Positions 12,424 through 22,920 of a stretch of DNA of 64,000 nucleotides are shown piece by piece. Each line of letters begins with the position of its first letter. Position 1 is the first letter of the stretch. A program made the translations under genes and the position numbers. Below the pieces are notes generated by a model. It was not told the origin of the DNA and did not search any database. It saw only the letters and a list, made by a program, of their open reading frames with translations. This stretch comes from Felis catus. Lineage: Eukaryota. The DNA lies in assembly GCF_018350175.1 (NCBI RefSeq), contig NC_058375.1, positions 434,001 to 498,000 of the forward strand, in the 5' to 3' direction.

Positions 12424-15379
12424 GGCGCCCGCCTGGCCCGCCTGCCTGGCTTTGTCTCACTTCTGCTCCAACTCTCCAGAAAAACAGCCCGGCCCCCTCC
12501 CCCTCCTTAGCACCCGCCATGACATCACGGAGCCCTGGGCCGGGTCGACAGTCTGCAGACCGCCCCCTCTGGCTCTAGCTGGCCCCTAGTCTTCCCCGAA
12601 TCCTGGTCTGGCCTGGTGGGGAGGGGTAGGAGCACGGTCACTGTGTCCGACAAGGTGAGGGGAATCTGAGCAGCCATCCGGCCTGGGGATGGCTCAGGCC
12701 CTGGGAGGATGGGGGGGCAGTAGCCCAGCCCTTAGAGGGGCAGGAGGGCTGAGGGCATGGCCCTAATGCTGTGGGGGCGGCTGTGACATAAGAGACCCTT
12801 CTGGGGCTGCTGCAGAGCTGGGGTTCTGGGGCGTACTTCACCTCCCTTCCACCTCTGTAGGCGGACCCTGGCCCAGGGGGTTCCCCTACGTGGACAGCCT
12901 GGCCATCCCCTCCGCGCCTGCTGTATCTATCGTTCCAGGCATCCTGGGGCTTGGGGACCCCCCAAGGAGCCCCAGCTACCAGACCCACAGCTCTTCCCCT
13001 TAGCCTCCTGGGGGGAGGGGGCACTGCACATATTCACCCGTAAACCGAAGAGAACAGGGACACCAGCCCAGGAGCTTCAGGACAGCACGGTGGGCCCTGC
13101 TCTTGGTCAGTCATCTCTGCCACCCAGAGGAGCCTGCCAGGGCATGAGGGTGGGGACCCTGAGCACTGAGCGCCCAGCGTTTGAGCAGCCCCTCCCCCCT
13201 GGCCTGGACACCCCCTGCCCCCCCCCCATCTGTCCACCATCATGGGCAGACCTTGGTGTCCCTGAAACCAAACCCTGGCGAAGATGCTCCCTGGAGCACC
13301 TCCTCCTTGCCCAGAGTGGGGGGCGGGGGGTGCTGGGAGCCTGCCCCCCGGAAAGCACAAATTTGAAGCTCTGGGAAAAATTACCAAGTCACGTAAACAA
13401 ATGCAAAATAACAGAGCACACACTGTGTACCAAACCCACTCTTTCTAGTTAAGCAAACCTCAAAAAGGAAAAAAAGGAAGAAAAAATCCAAACAACCGCA
13501 AAAACTCCACAGTGCATTTTTTAGACTGCCCATTTGAATAGAATTATGGTCACGGGCATCAGTTCCTGGTGGCTGGCATCTCACCCTTGAACCCTGTCCT
13601 GGTCCCCAAGTCCTCAGAGTAGCAAGAAACCCAGCCCAACCAGACTCTTAGGCTCCAGGTCAGCTGGGGAGACTGCCACTGCCACGGAGGGAGTGAGGGC
13701 CACGACAACGGGGACCAGCCACGAGGGTGTGAAGAGGGTCCCCCCAACCCAGACCTAATGAACCCATTTCCTCAGCAAGACCCAGGCCCCGGGGGGGGGG
13801 GTTGGAGCCCCTTTTCCAAACTGGAATCAGAGCTTGTCCTGGCCCCAGCCCCTCCCTGGGCCTTTCATTCTGGAAAAACAAGCCCGCCTGGCTGGCCTTG
13901 AGGCCTGGCCTCTCCTCCTGTTTTTTTAACTGGTTTATATTAGCTGGTGACCTCCCTTCTCTGGGCCCCGCCCATGTCTCTCCATCTCTGTCCCCCATTC
14001 CCGCCTCTGTCTGCCGGGCTGCCTCTCCCCCACGGAGGGAAGATGTCCAGGCAGTGCTGGAGGGAGACAGAAATGGCCCAGGGCTGGTCCCTCTGTCTGG
14101 GAGGGGACAAGGGGGTAGGGGGCAGCTCCAGCCCTGAGCCTGTGGGCGCCCTCCTGTTCCCAACAGGTTCCCTGGCCTCAGGCCCTGCACACTGAGGTCC
14201 AGCGGGGCCCTCGAGGTCTGGACTCGGCCCTCAGCTCGGCCCAAGTGCAGAAGTCTGAGGGGGCCGCCCCTGGGGGGAAGCTGACCCCCCACGCACCCTG
14301 GGCAAGAAGGGACAGAGGCAGTGGAGGGCTGCAAACCCCTTTCCCTGCCCTCTCTGCTTGAGGCCAGCAAAACCAAAGTCAGCGGCAAAGGGCCGCTGCC
14401 CACCCCTCCACCCTCGCTCTTGGCAGGAAATAGCCACAGATGAGAGCAGAGAGCCAGCGGGCCACGTGCCCTCCCCCGGCAGAGGCTTGAGGCCTCCTGC
14501 TCCTTCACGAGTGCCTGTGGGTTGCTCATTTCCCGGTGTCGCCCGCACTCCGTTTTCCCTCGGGAAGGGAAGGGAACCGGCCAGGACAAAACAAACCCAC
14601 GGACATCACCTTGGTCCCACCCTGAACTCTGGCCAAGCCCCCAGCCCGCCCAGAGGCCCAGACCCACCGCCCCTCTCCTCGGAGGCGTGGCCGGACGAGG
14701 CCGGGGTCAGTCACTCAGCCTGACAGACTCAGCTTCTGCCTCTTCCTCCCGAGGACTCAGACATTCCAGGCAGCCAGGCTCACTGGGAGGAGAAACCACA
14801 GGCACTCAGAGACGCCACCAGCCACAACCAGACACAGAGACACGTGCTCACACCCACCAATAATGTCACGCAACAAATATTTGCTGAGCGCCTACTGTGT
14901 GCCAGGGCACTGCGAGTTGCTGGAGGGAGGCAGACGGACGGCAGGTCCGCCCACTGACAAATAAGGTTGTTTTCATCTCTGGGGGAAGTGCTGTCTGGAG
15001 ACGAAAACGGGGCAGGGTCTTCCTCCGTGGCACTGACCGGGATGGCCTCTGATGGAGGGACACCCACAGGTAAATGTCCTTCCAGGCGGGCGGCGCCTGG
15101 GGAACCACCTCCCAGGGGAGGGAGCAGCGCCTCGCACAGGGAGGTCCGTGAGGGCTGCAGGCTGGCTCTCGTGGGGGGGCCCGCAGGGTCTAAGTGAGGA
15201 GGGTGTGGTCCAGACGGCTCAGGGCTGGGAGGATTGACGTGAACACACAAGGAAAACAGCCCTGCCGGGGCCAGGTGGTGTGCCGAGCTGCGAGGCTCGG
15301 TCCCCCCGTGTCCTGTCTCCCTCAGCGTGGGCAGGAGCGGCGACAAGGCTGGAAGAGTCCTTTGCACCCACGTGACAAC

Positions 15380-15650
15380 ATGCTGGGATGTCACTGTCTG
15401 CCGGTCGCCATCACGGCCGGCCGGCCGTCGCGTGAAAGGGCCCTCGGAGGGGACCGCGGGGCTGCCCCCAGGCAACCAGCCGAGAAGAAAATGGGCCTCA
15501 GTCCTGCAGCGTCCCCGGAATGAGCGCGGGGGAGGACGCCGAGGGCCCAGAAGCCACGTATCCGGGCGCGTGGGCCATGGGAGCTGTGTGACAAGTCTCC
15601 CGCGCCACGCCGCTAACCTGTGGCCGCGCGCGGTACAGCACTGGGCGGCC
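15380..15650 (+). mobile_element. MLT1 (ERVL-MaLR) LTR remnant, strongly GC/CpG-shifted
   Basis: CAGCCGAGAAGAAAATGGGCCTCAGTCCTGCAGC and GCCGCTAACCTGTGG..GGTACAGCA resemble MLT1 internal and 3'-end motifs. Confidence 0.45.
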
Positions 15651-17739
15651 AAGGCAGCGGGCTCCCGGCACAGAGCGGGGGCAGGGCCTACGGCAGCGCG
15701 AGGCACAAGTTTCACAAGGAAAAGCAACTGGTGTCCAGTCTGGGACTGGCCGCTGGCCGCAGGGATGGTGCGGGCAGGCCCCAAGGCTGCTCGGGAGCTG
15801 CGTCCACATGTGAGCGACACAAGCTCTCCCAACGCCACGGCCGGCCTCTGCCGGTTCTGACCAGCTCCGGGGAGGGGCCGCTTGCATGTGTGCTGGTCCC
15901 TCCCCCCCGAGGCGCAGCGGTTTGCCACACGGTCACGTCTCACGCCACGAGGGAGGCAGTAGACTCGCACAGCCCGGGCGCGTCCCTCAGGAGAGCCGGT
16001 GACCCCGAGGAACACACCGTGAGCTGCCTTCTCGTGAGGACCGTGGGCCGGATGGCCCGCCAAGACGGGGCTGGGACATCGTCCAGGCATCGAGACACCG
16101 TGATCTGAAAATACAGACAAACTATGGAAATACAGAAACCTGGCTTCAGGGACCAGCCAACGCTTTCGTCCCGAGAAAATGTCAAGCGACCGGGACCACA
16201 GATTTTACTAGTCACGGTCGGCCCCCCGATCAGCGGTTTCCTGGCGTGGCATCGTTAGTGGGGTGCTGTCCTCGCTCGGCTTCCTCGGTCTGTGGCGGCC
16301 CTGCCAACCAGCCGATGATGCGCAGAAGCCTATTTATTCTATGGTTTGTAAGCCTCGGGCTCCTGGGCCACGTCCGTAAACGGCGTCTCCTGTCGTGCTG
16401 GGATCGTTTCTGTACTGTCCTCACAGGCCATCAGTTTTGAAGCCAGGAACCAAGAACCGATGATCTGGTTCTAGCGGATTCCGCCTGCGGCGCCTCTGAC
16501 TGTGGGGGTGACCTCCGCCTGCGAGATCCCCATGTCCCCCCCACATCTCCAGCGAGCCGGGAAGGGACGCTCTGTCCTTGGGGACGGCTGGGCGGGCAGG
16601 CTGCGGAGCGGCCTCCGGGCCAGTGTCCTGAGAGGCCCCACGGAGCGTTGCTCCCGCACGCAGTGCGTGTCCCGGCTCCTCGAGGACATGGTTGCTTCCC
16701 GTGCCCAACCGAGGGCAATAGATCTGCCTTTAAGTGTGCCATGGCCACCACCATCCCGTCCCCCAGGACAGGCCGTGGGGCCACGCACGCGAGCCCTGTG
16801 CACATCTCCGCTCTGCACTGGGTGTCGTGTCGGGCTCTCCCGTGTGTCCAGCTGGGCTGGGTGGGCCGGTGGCGGCGTGCCCACGACGCACGGTCCCTCG
16901 GCCATCCTGAAGCCTTGACTTGACCACAGCGATCTTCCTGGAGTGCTCCCAACAGGGACACCGGCGCCCGCCTCCCTCTGCATTGCCCGCCGTGGGCTCC
17001 GCAGCCTGGGGGGCTCCCATCACTGCGTGTGCCCAGCACCCCCACCTGCACCCACAGCCGGGGCCGCCGCTCACTCTGCTTCGTCATGGGGACCTGGGAC
17101 TAGGCTGAATGTGTTCCCAGGCCGTCTGCTTTGAGCTTCGGTGGGGACCAGCCGGACACTGAAAGGAGAGGCCCCAAAGAGGCTGAGTCCGGATGAGAGG
17201 GATGCTCTTCCTCATCCAGAGAGGAAGCAACTGGTGCCGAGGGGCCCCGGAGCCCCGATGTGGCCCCCGGGGACAGCGTGGCACGTGTCCCCGGCTGTGG
17301 TCATATGACAGCTTGTCCAAGGAGGCTGTTTCCTACGGCATCGCCAGCCAAGAGTCCCTGAAACAGCCTGTCATAAACGGGCCCTCTTGATCCTTCTTGC
17401 AGAAAAATCCGTGTCGGATTTGCAGTTGGCAGCAGGGGAGTACGAGGAGAGCAGGAGGCATCGCAGCTGACGGGGCGGCCGGCGCGTCCGAAGGTCAGAG
17501 AGCGGAGCCCTCTTCGGCTGTGACGTGCCTTCCAAGGATTTGACCAACAATCACTCTGAGAGCAAGAACCGATGACGAGCTCGGAGGGCACGAGAAACTG
17601 CCAGGGGCTTTCTGCTCACCTCACGGGGTCCTGATTGTCACTGACGGGCAAGGGCACCAAAACACGCTTACCGTGCGGGTCCTACCCGTGGGCGTGAACA
17701 TGCGACGTTGCTCAAACGTAGCAATAATGATGGCATTCC

Positions 17740-17988
17740 TTTTTTTTTTTAATTTTTAAGTCTATTTATTTATTTATTTTTATTTTTATTTTTTTTAATG
17801 TTTTATTTATTTTTGAGAAAGAGCATGAGCGGGGGAGGGGCAGCGAGAGAGAGACACAGAATCCGAAGCAGGCTCCAGGCTCTGAGCTGTCAGTGCAGAG
17901 CCTGATGCGGGGCTCGAACACACGAACCGTGAGATCATGACCTGAGCCCGAGTCGGACACTTAACCGACGGAGCCGCCCAGGCGCCCC
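17740..17988 (-). mobile_element. CAN-SINE
   Basis: Complete head, body and T-rich tail. Confidence 0.93.
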
Positions 17989-18264
17989 ATTTTCTCTTTA
18001 TTATGTACACACTTTCTCAGTTTAACAACATTCCTTTACCTTTGTGTGAGTGCACGTACACAAACATTTATATTGTAGATAACATGTTTAAACTGTCAGC
18101 TTCAGGTTATCTGCACTCAAGTGCGTATGCAACACGGCACAAATACCACATTGACTTTACCATCCAAAGAACACATAATGCGAAAAGAACAAATGTTTTT
18201 ACATCGTGATCACTATTTCTGTAGTCTCGATCTTTGGGAATTCCAATATATATCCAGATATTTC

Positions 18265-20010
18265 TTATAGCCTTTGATGCATAACAAACCACCTTAAAAC
18301 TACAACATGAGGCTGAGTAGGGGGCCCGGGGGATTTCTTCAGAGCAAGAGAGCCCTGCTGTACGTTACCGTGATGGTGCATAAGTGACACTGTGTGTTTA
18401 CCGAGACCCGAGGAACCACACAGTTCTCAGTGAACCTCAAGACAGACACATTTTGAAAAACTCGTTTAGGAAGTTGGGAGAATCAGAAAGTGACAGAAAC
18501 AAGCAAGCAAAGGACATTAGGAGTGAAAGGAGCTCAGTGGAGGGGGTGGGGAGTGGAGGGGGAGGGGAGGAGGTGGGGGAGGGGAGGGGAGGGACTGGGG
18601 GTGGGCAGCGCTGGCCTAAGTTAAGAGTCTGCACTACCACACGAGAGGAAGTGCACACAGCCCCGCCCTCGAGCCGACAGAGCTGTCCCCTGCGGGTTAG
18701 GGTCAGGGTTACCCGTTCCGATGTGTACAATGAGGCAAGCGGGTGGTGGCGGCCAGTGGCGGCCGGGTCCGTCACTACTTGGGGGTTAAGGAAGGAGAGG
18801 CGGCTACAATGAGCCGTGTGGCCGTGGATTACTGCCGGGAGACGCCTGTATCAGCTCATGTCCCGAGCGGTGTGCACACAGGTGCACATGTGGAGCGTAG
18901 AGCTGTGTCTACACGTGGGTCAGTACACATACTCGCATTTTCTAGCTCTGCATTCGGGAGGCAGCAAGCCCACCCCTTAGATCCTGGTCCCTCAGACCAT
19001 TTTCCAACAAAGGAATCGGGGTTCCTTGAAGAAATGGCTTCTTTTAGGACTGGGGGAGGAAATACACGAGATAAGCCTGGAGAACCCGTGGTGCCAAAAA
19101 GCAAGCAAGTGCTAACGAACAAACAAGAATGATGGGGTGTGTCAAAGGGCACAGGAGCCAAAGCTGGGACCGGTGCGGCAAGAAAGTCAGTCAAGTTTGT
19201 TGCATCGTCATCCAAATAGAAAGACAACATCCCCGCGTCCATGCTGATTTTTTTTTTAATTTTTTTTTTAACGTTTATTTATTTTTGAGACAGAGAGAGA
19301 CAGAGCATGAACGGGGGAGGGTCAGAGAGAGGGAGACACAGAATCTGAAACAGGCTCCAGGCTCCGAGCTGTCAGCACAGAGCCCGACGCGGGGCTCGAA
19401 CTCACGGACCGCGAGATCGTGACCTGAGCCGAAGTCGGCCGCTTCACCGACTGAGCCACCCAGGCGCCCCCATGCTGACTGAATAAAGGCAGGAGAGTCC
19501 CAGATCATTTATGCGGCCAAAGCAGAAAGTAGCTTGCAGGGGCCCAGCCCTCACCACACGGCGTGGTGCGGGAGGGATCTGACCCGTGTCCGCGATCTTC
19601 TGCTCACGATTCTGCGGGCCAGGAATTCCGGCAGGACAGCTTGTCTGCCCCACGCGGCGCTGGGAGGGATGGTGCGACCGGGGCTGGAGGGTCCAGACGG
19701 CTACATTCTGGCACCTGGGGCCTCAGAGGGGGCATCGGCTGGATCTTCTCTCCACGGGGCCCCGTCTCTCTCTACGTGGCCCTCTGTCCGTGGGGCCCCT
19801 TCTCTCCGCTCACCTGGTTCTCAGCAACCTAGCCCAGGCCTCCTTCCGCTGACGGAAGCTGCCGGGCCCCCAAGGCCCAAGCTCGGCAGCTTCCACGCTG
19901 GGGCCGGAGCAGGTCACGCGGAGGGAGGCAGACGCCACTTTCGGTAGAACGAACAGCAGAGTCACGATGCCCAGCAGCATGTGTGCAGGGCAGGGGACGC
20001 TGTTGTGACA
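18265..20010. mobile_element. Nested repeat: MLT1 LTR (18265-18305 and about 19600-20010) split by an L1MC-type 3' fragment (about 18320-19240) and a SINE
   Basis: MLT1 end motif TGCATAACAAACCACCTTAAAAC and body GCTCACGATTCTGCGGGCCAGGAATTC. L1MC-like AAAGGAATCGGGGTTCCTTGAAGAAATGGCT..GATAAGCCTGGAG..GATGGGGTGTGTCAAAGGGCACAGGAGCCAA. Confidence 0.6.
19248..19470 (-). mobile_element. Young felid CAN-SINE with TSD
   Basis: Near-consensus, CpG-intact element; TSD CATGCTGA at 19240 and 19471. Confidence 0.95.
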
Positions 20011-20180
20011 TCGTCAAAGATAATATACCACGGGACGTGAGAGATACGTGGCATAATGAAGTGCAAATAATTCAGAGCACTGGCGTTTACAAGAAGACAT
20101 GTTTAATGATAGAGAGCACTTATTTTCATAGGATATAAACATACATGTGTACGTTTACGTGACCTTAAATAAATAACAAG

Positions 20181-20376
20181 TTTTATTTATTTTGAGAAAG
20201 AGAGAGAGAGAGAGCAGGGGAGGGGCAAAGAGAGAGACACACACAGAATCCGAAGCAGGTTCCGGGCTCCAAGCTGTCAGCACAGAGCCCAACTCAGGGC
20301 TCGAACTCACAGACCTTGAGATCATGACCTGAACCGAAGTTGGCCACTTAAACCAACTGAGCCACCCAGGCACCCC
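20181..20376 (-). mobile_element. CAN-SINE
   Basis: Typical head and (GA)n tail. Confidence 0.92.
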
Positions 20377-20404
20377 CAGGACATACTTATAATGAAAATT
20401 ATTT

Positions 20405-20602
20405 GGGGGGGCCTGGGTGGCTCAGTCGGCTAAGCGTCCGACTCCTGATTTCAGCTCAGGTCATGACCTCGCGGGTTTGTGAGTTTGAGCCCTGCATCGG
20501 GCTCTGCGCTGATAACGGGGAGCCTGCTTGGGATTCTCTGTCCCCGCTCTCTCTGCCCCTCCTTCACTCTCTCTCTCTCAAAAAAAAAAAAAAAAAAAAA
20601 AA
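20405..20602 (+). mobile_element. CAN-SINE with long A-tail
   Basis: GGGGGGCCTGGGTGGCTCAGTCGG head and an A-run of more than 20 nt. Confidence 0.92.
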
Positions 20603-20974
20603 TCTAAAAGCCACCAATTTGAAGTTATGACAACAAATACCAAAAGAATCATCTAAGGGGCTACAGTGGCCTCCGGGCAGGTGGTGTGGTAGTTTCCATA
20701 AGCACCGTTGAACTATTGAACTACTCAGGCACATACGAGCATAACCTCCGTAAAAATATTTCAAAATTAAATTTTAGAGTCAGGCAGACTGGCAGCTGGG
20801 TCATGGATGCTTCTTCACCACCTGTAGGCAAGTTGACCCCTGTACTTGGGCCCTCGGGAAACAGGCGCATCACGGGTCTGCCGTGAAAGGAAGTCCCTCC
20901 CGTCAAGAACCAGCACAACACCTGGGGTGCAGGGAATCCACTCGCGTGCCAATTCTTACCACTCGTTTTTACGT

Positions 20975-21190
20975 ATTTTTACCTTTCTTAACGTTTTGTT
21001 AGAGAGAGAGAGAGAGAGAAGGAGGGAGGGAGCACAATCGGGGGAGGGGCAGAGAGCGAAGGAGACAGAATTCAAAGCAGACTCCACGCTGTCAGCGCAA
21101 AGCCATTCGTGGGGCCCAAACCCACGAACCGTGAGATCGTGACTTGAGCCAAAGTCAGACACTCAACCGACTGAGTCACCCAGGCGCCCC
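20975..21190 (-). mobile_element. CAN-SINE
   Basis: Typical head and (GA)n tail. Confidence 0.9.
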
Positions 21191-21459
21191 TACTAATGTT
21201 TAAAAAACATGATCCCTACTGTATGATCATCTCCCACGCACCCTCAGAAGGACGTGGTCCAGGAGAAGGGAGGAAACCTGGAAAGAGGGGAACGTGGCGT
21301 CCCCGAAGGGGTCCCAGACAGAGGCGCCAGGAGGGTGGCTCCATGTGAACAATCCCTTGAGGGCTTTGGGCCAAACTGAGACTTTAGGTAAATAGAAAGA
21401 AAAACACGCAAAAACAAAACCGGACAAGAAATAGCGGCACGAGAAAGGACACGTGATCT

Positions 21460-22314
21460 TGCCGAGTCGCGGGGCCGCGGGAGTGCTGGGAGGCTGGGTC
21501 GCAGCCGCACCGGGAGGCGCAGGAATGCAGGGCCGTGGGTGCCCTTCCGTGATGGCCTCAGGGCGGGTGAGGCAGTGGGCGCCGCTTTGTCCTCAGCTTG
21601 GTACAACAGCTTCACCCGCAGCTACAATCTTACTGGGCCGTGGGTGTTGGGGTGGCCGTGACACAGGGCGGAGCAGCCAGCGGGACAGAGTCAATTCTCC
21701 AAGGGAGGAGAGGGGCCGGACGTCAAGCGAAATGTTGGCTCCGAGCTTCTGTAGGGCTGGGCCTTTTAAGGGGTTTTAAGGGTGTGAGAAGGTCGCCTGG
21801 CTGTGCCCTTGGGGTGTGTGTGGAGGGGGCCGACTCCGGTCCAGAGGACAGCAAGAGATGGCAGTTTTCTCCAGGGGCTGTGTCCTGGGCGGTGTCCTTC
21901 TCCAGGGGCTCTGTCCTGGGCTGTATCCAGGATGTGGGCTGTGGCCCAGCAGGAGAAAAATATGTTTTGCAGGGGCGCCTGGGTGGCTCAGTTGGTTGAT
22001 CATCTGACTCTTGATTTCGACTCAGGTCATGATCCCAGGGTTGTAGGATTGAGCCCCACACTGGGCTCCATGCCAAGCGTGGAGCCTGCTTAAGATTCTC
22101 TCCCCTGCCCCCCCCCCCCCCCCCCGCCTCTGCCCCTCTCACCAGCTCTCTCTCTCAAATAAAATTAAAACAAAAATGTTTTGTAGTTGGGGTCTGTTTT
22201 CTGAGAATGCAGAGCATCACGACCTGGAGAAACCCAGTTAGGGCCAAGTGCAGACAACCGTCAGTTTTGTCTGTAAGCTTGACTGGGGAGGGGGCTTTGA
22301 ATAGACCCCTTTCA
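21460..22314 (-). mobile_element. Probable solo ERV1-type LTR containing a CAN-SINE insertion
   Basis: Minus strand begins TGAAAGGGG at 22314. Carries a 31-bp direct repeat (21867-21928) and TTAAAA TATA-like boxes near 21765-21780. The 21460 boundary is uncertain and no TSD was confirmed. Confidence 0.45.
21972..22172 (+). mobile_element. CAN-SINE
   Basis: Head GGGGCGCCTGGGTGGCTCAG; flanked by AAAAATATGTTTTG / AAAAATGTTTTG TSD-like copies. Confidence 0.92.
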
Positions 22315-22880
22315 GCTGAAAAGCTGAAGAATAAAATTCAACTGTAAATACAAAATAATAAAACCAACAAGACCGGTCAAAGTGAATGGGCTCCTCTTGG
22401 AGGAGGGGAGGGGCCCAGAGCCCGTCCGACCCGGCCCCCCCCGCCCCGGTCTGGGCGCAGAGGACCCAGTGGTTACCTGACCCCCCTCAGCTGGCACAGG
22501 TGGTGGACAGGAGGCCCCTGTCCATGAGACGGTCTTGCTGGCCTCGGGGACCCCCTTCCACCCGCAGCAGACCTTGGGCTGCTGGGCTCTGCTTCTCCCG
22601 CACCGCACATCATCTGCGGCAGGGTGAGGCCAGCCTGGGGACAAGGATGTGGGGCGCGGAGTGCCGGGTCCCAGGGCACTCACCCGTGTCCCGCTGTAGC
22701 TGACCCCTGTGTTCCCGAATCTGCCGGGCCGACGCACCCTCCGCAAGATGCAGGCATTATGAATGCCACCCGGTGACCCTGCTCGACCCCGGTCTTGGCC
22801 ACGTTCTAGAGGTTGCACCCGGCCTGAGGCCTCCCCTCCCCTCCCCTCAGCCTCGGCCTCGGGGAGCCCTGACAGCCCTG

Positions 22881-22920
22881 TGGCTGGCCCCCACACTCTC
22901 TGGCTGGCCCCCACACTCTC
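22881..22920. repeat. Perfect 20-bp tandem duplication
   Basis: TGGCTGGCCCCCACACTCTC twice. Confidence 0.95.

Noticed and set aside
13660-14667. 335-aa minus-strand ORF upstream of MXRA8
   Set aside because: Low-complexity GC-rich frame with no homology cues or clean exon structure.
14780-16120. 446-aa minus-strand ORF
   Set aside because: Runs through MLT1- and L2-like repeat fragments and has no recognisable protein features.
16451-17575. 13-bp direct repeat CAAGAACCGATGA at 16451 and 17563 as a possible TSD
   Set aside because: One or two such 13-mer pairs within 2 kb are expected by chance in 64 kb, and there are no element termini beside them.
22881-22920. CRISPR-like or other regularly spaced repeat arrays
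   Set aside because: Only two-copy tandem duplications without spacers occur (also 2149-2210); the DNA is mammalian and has no cas-like ORFs.
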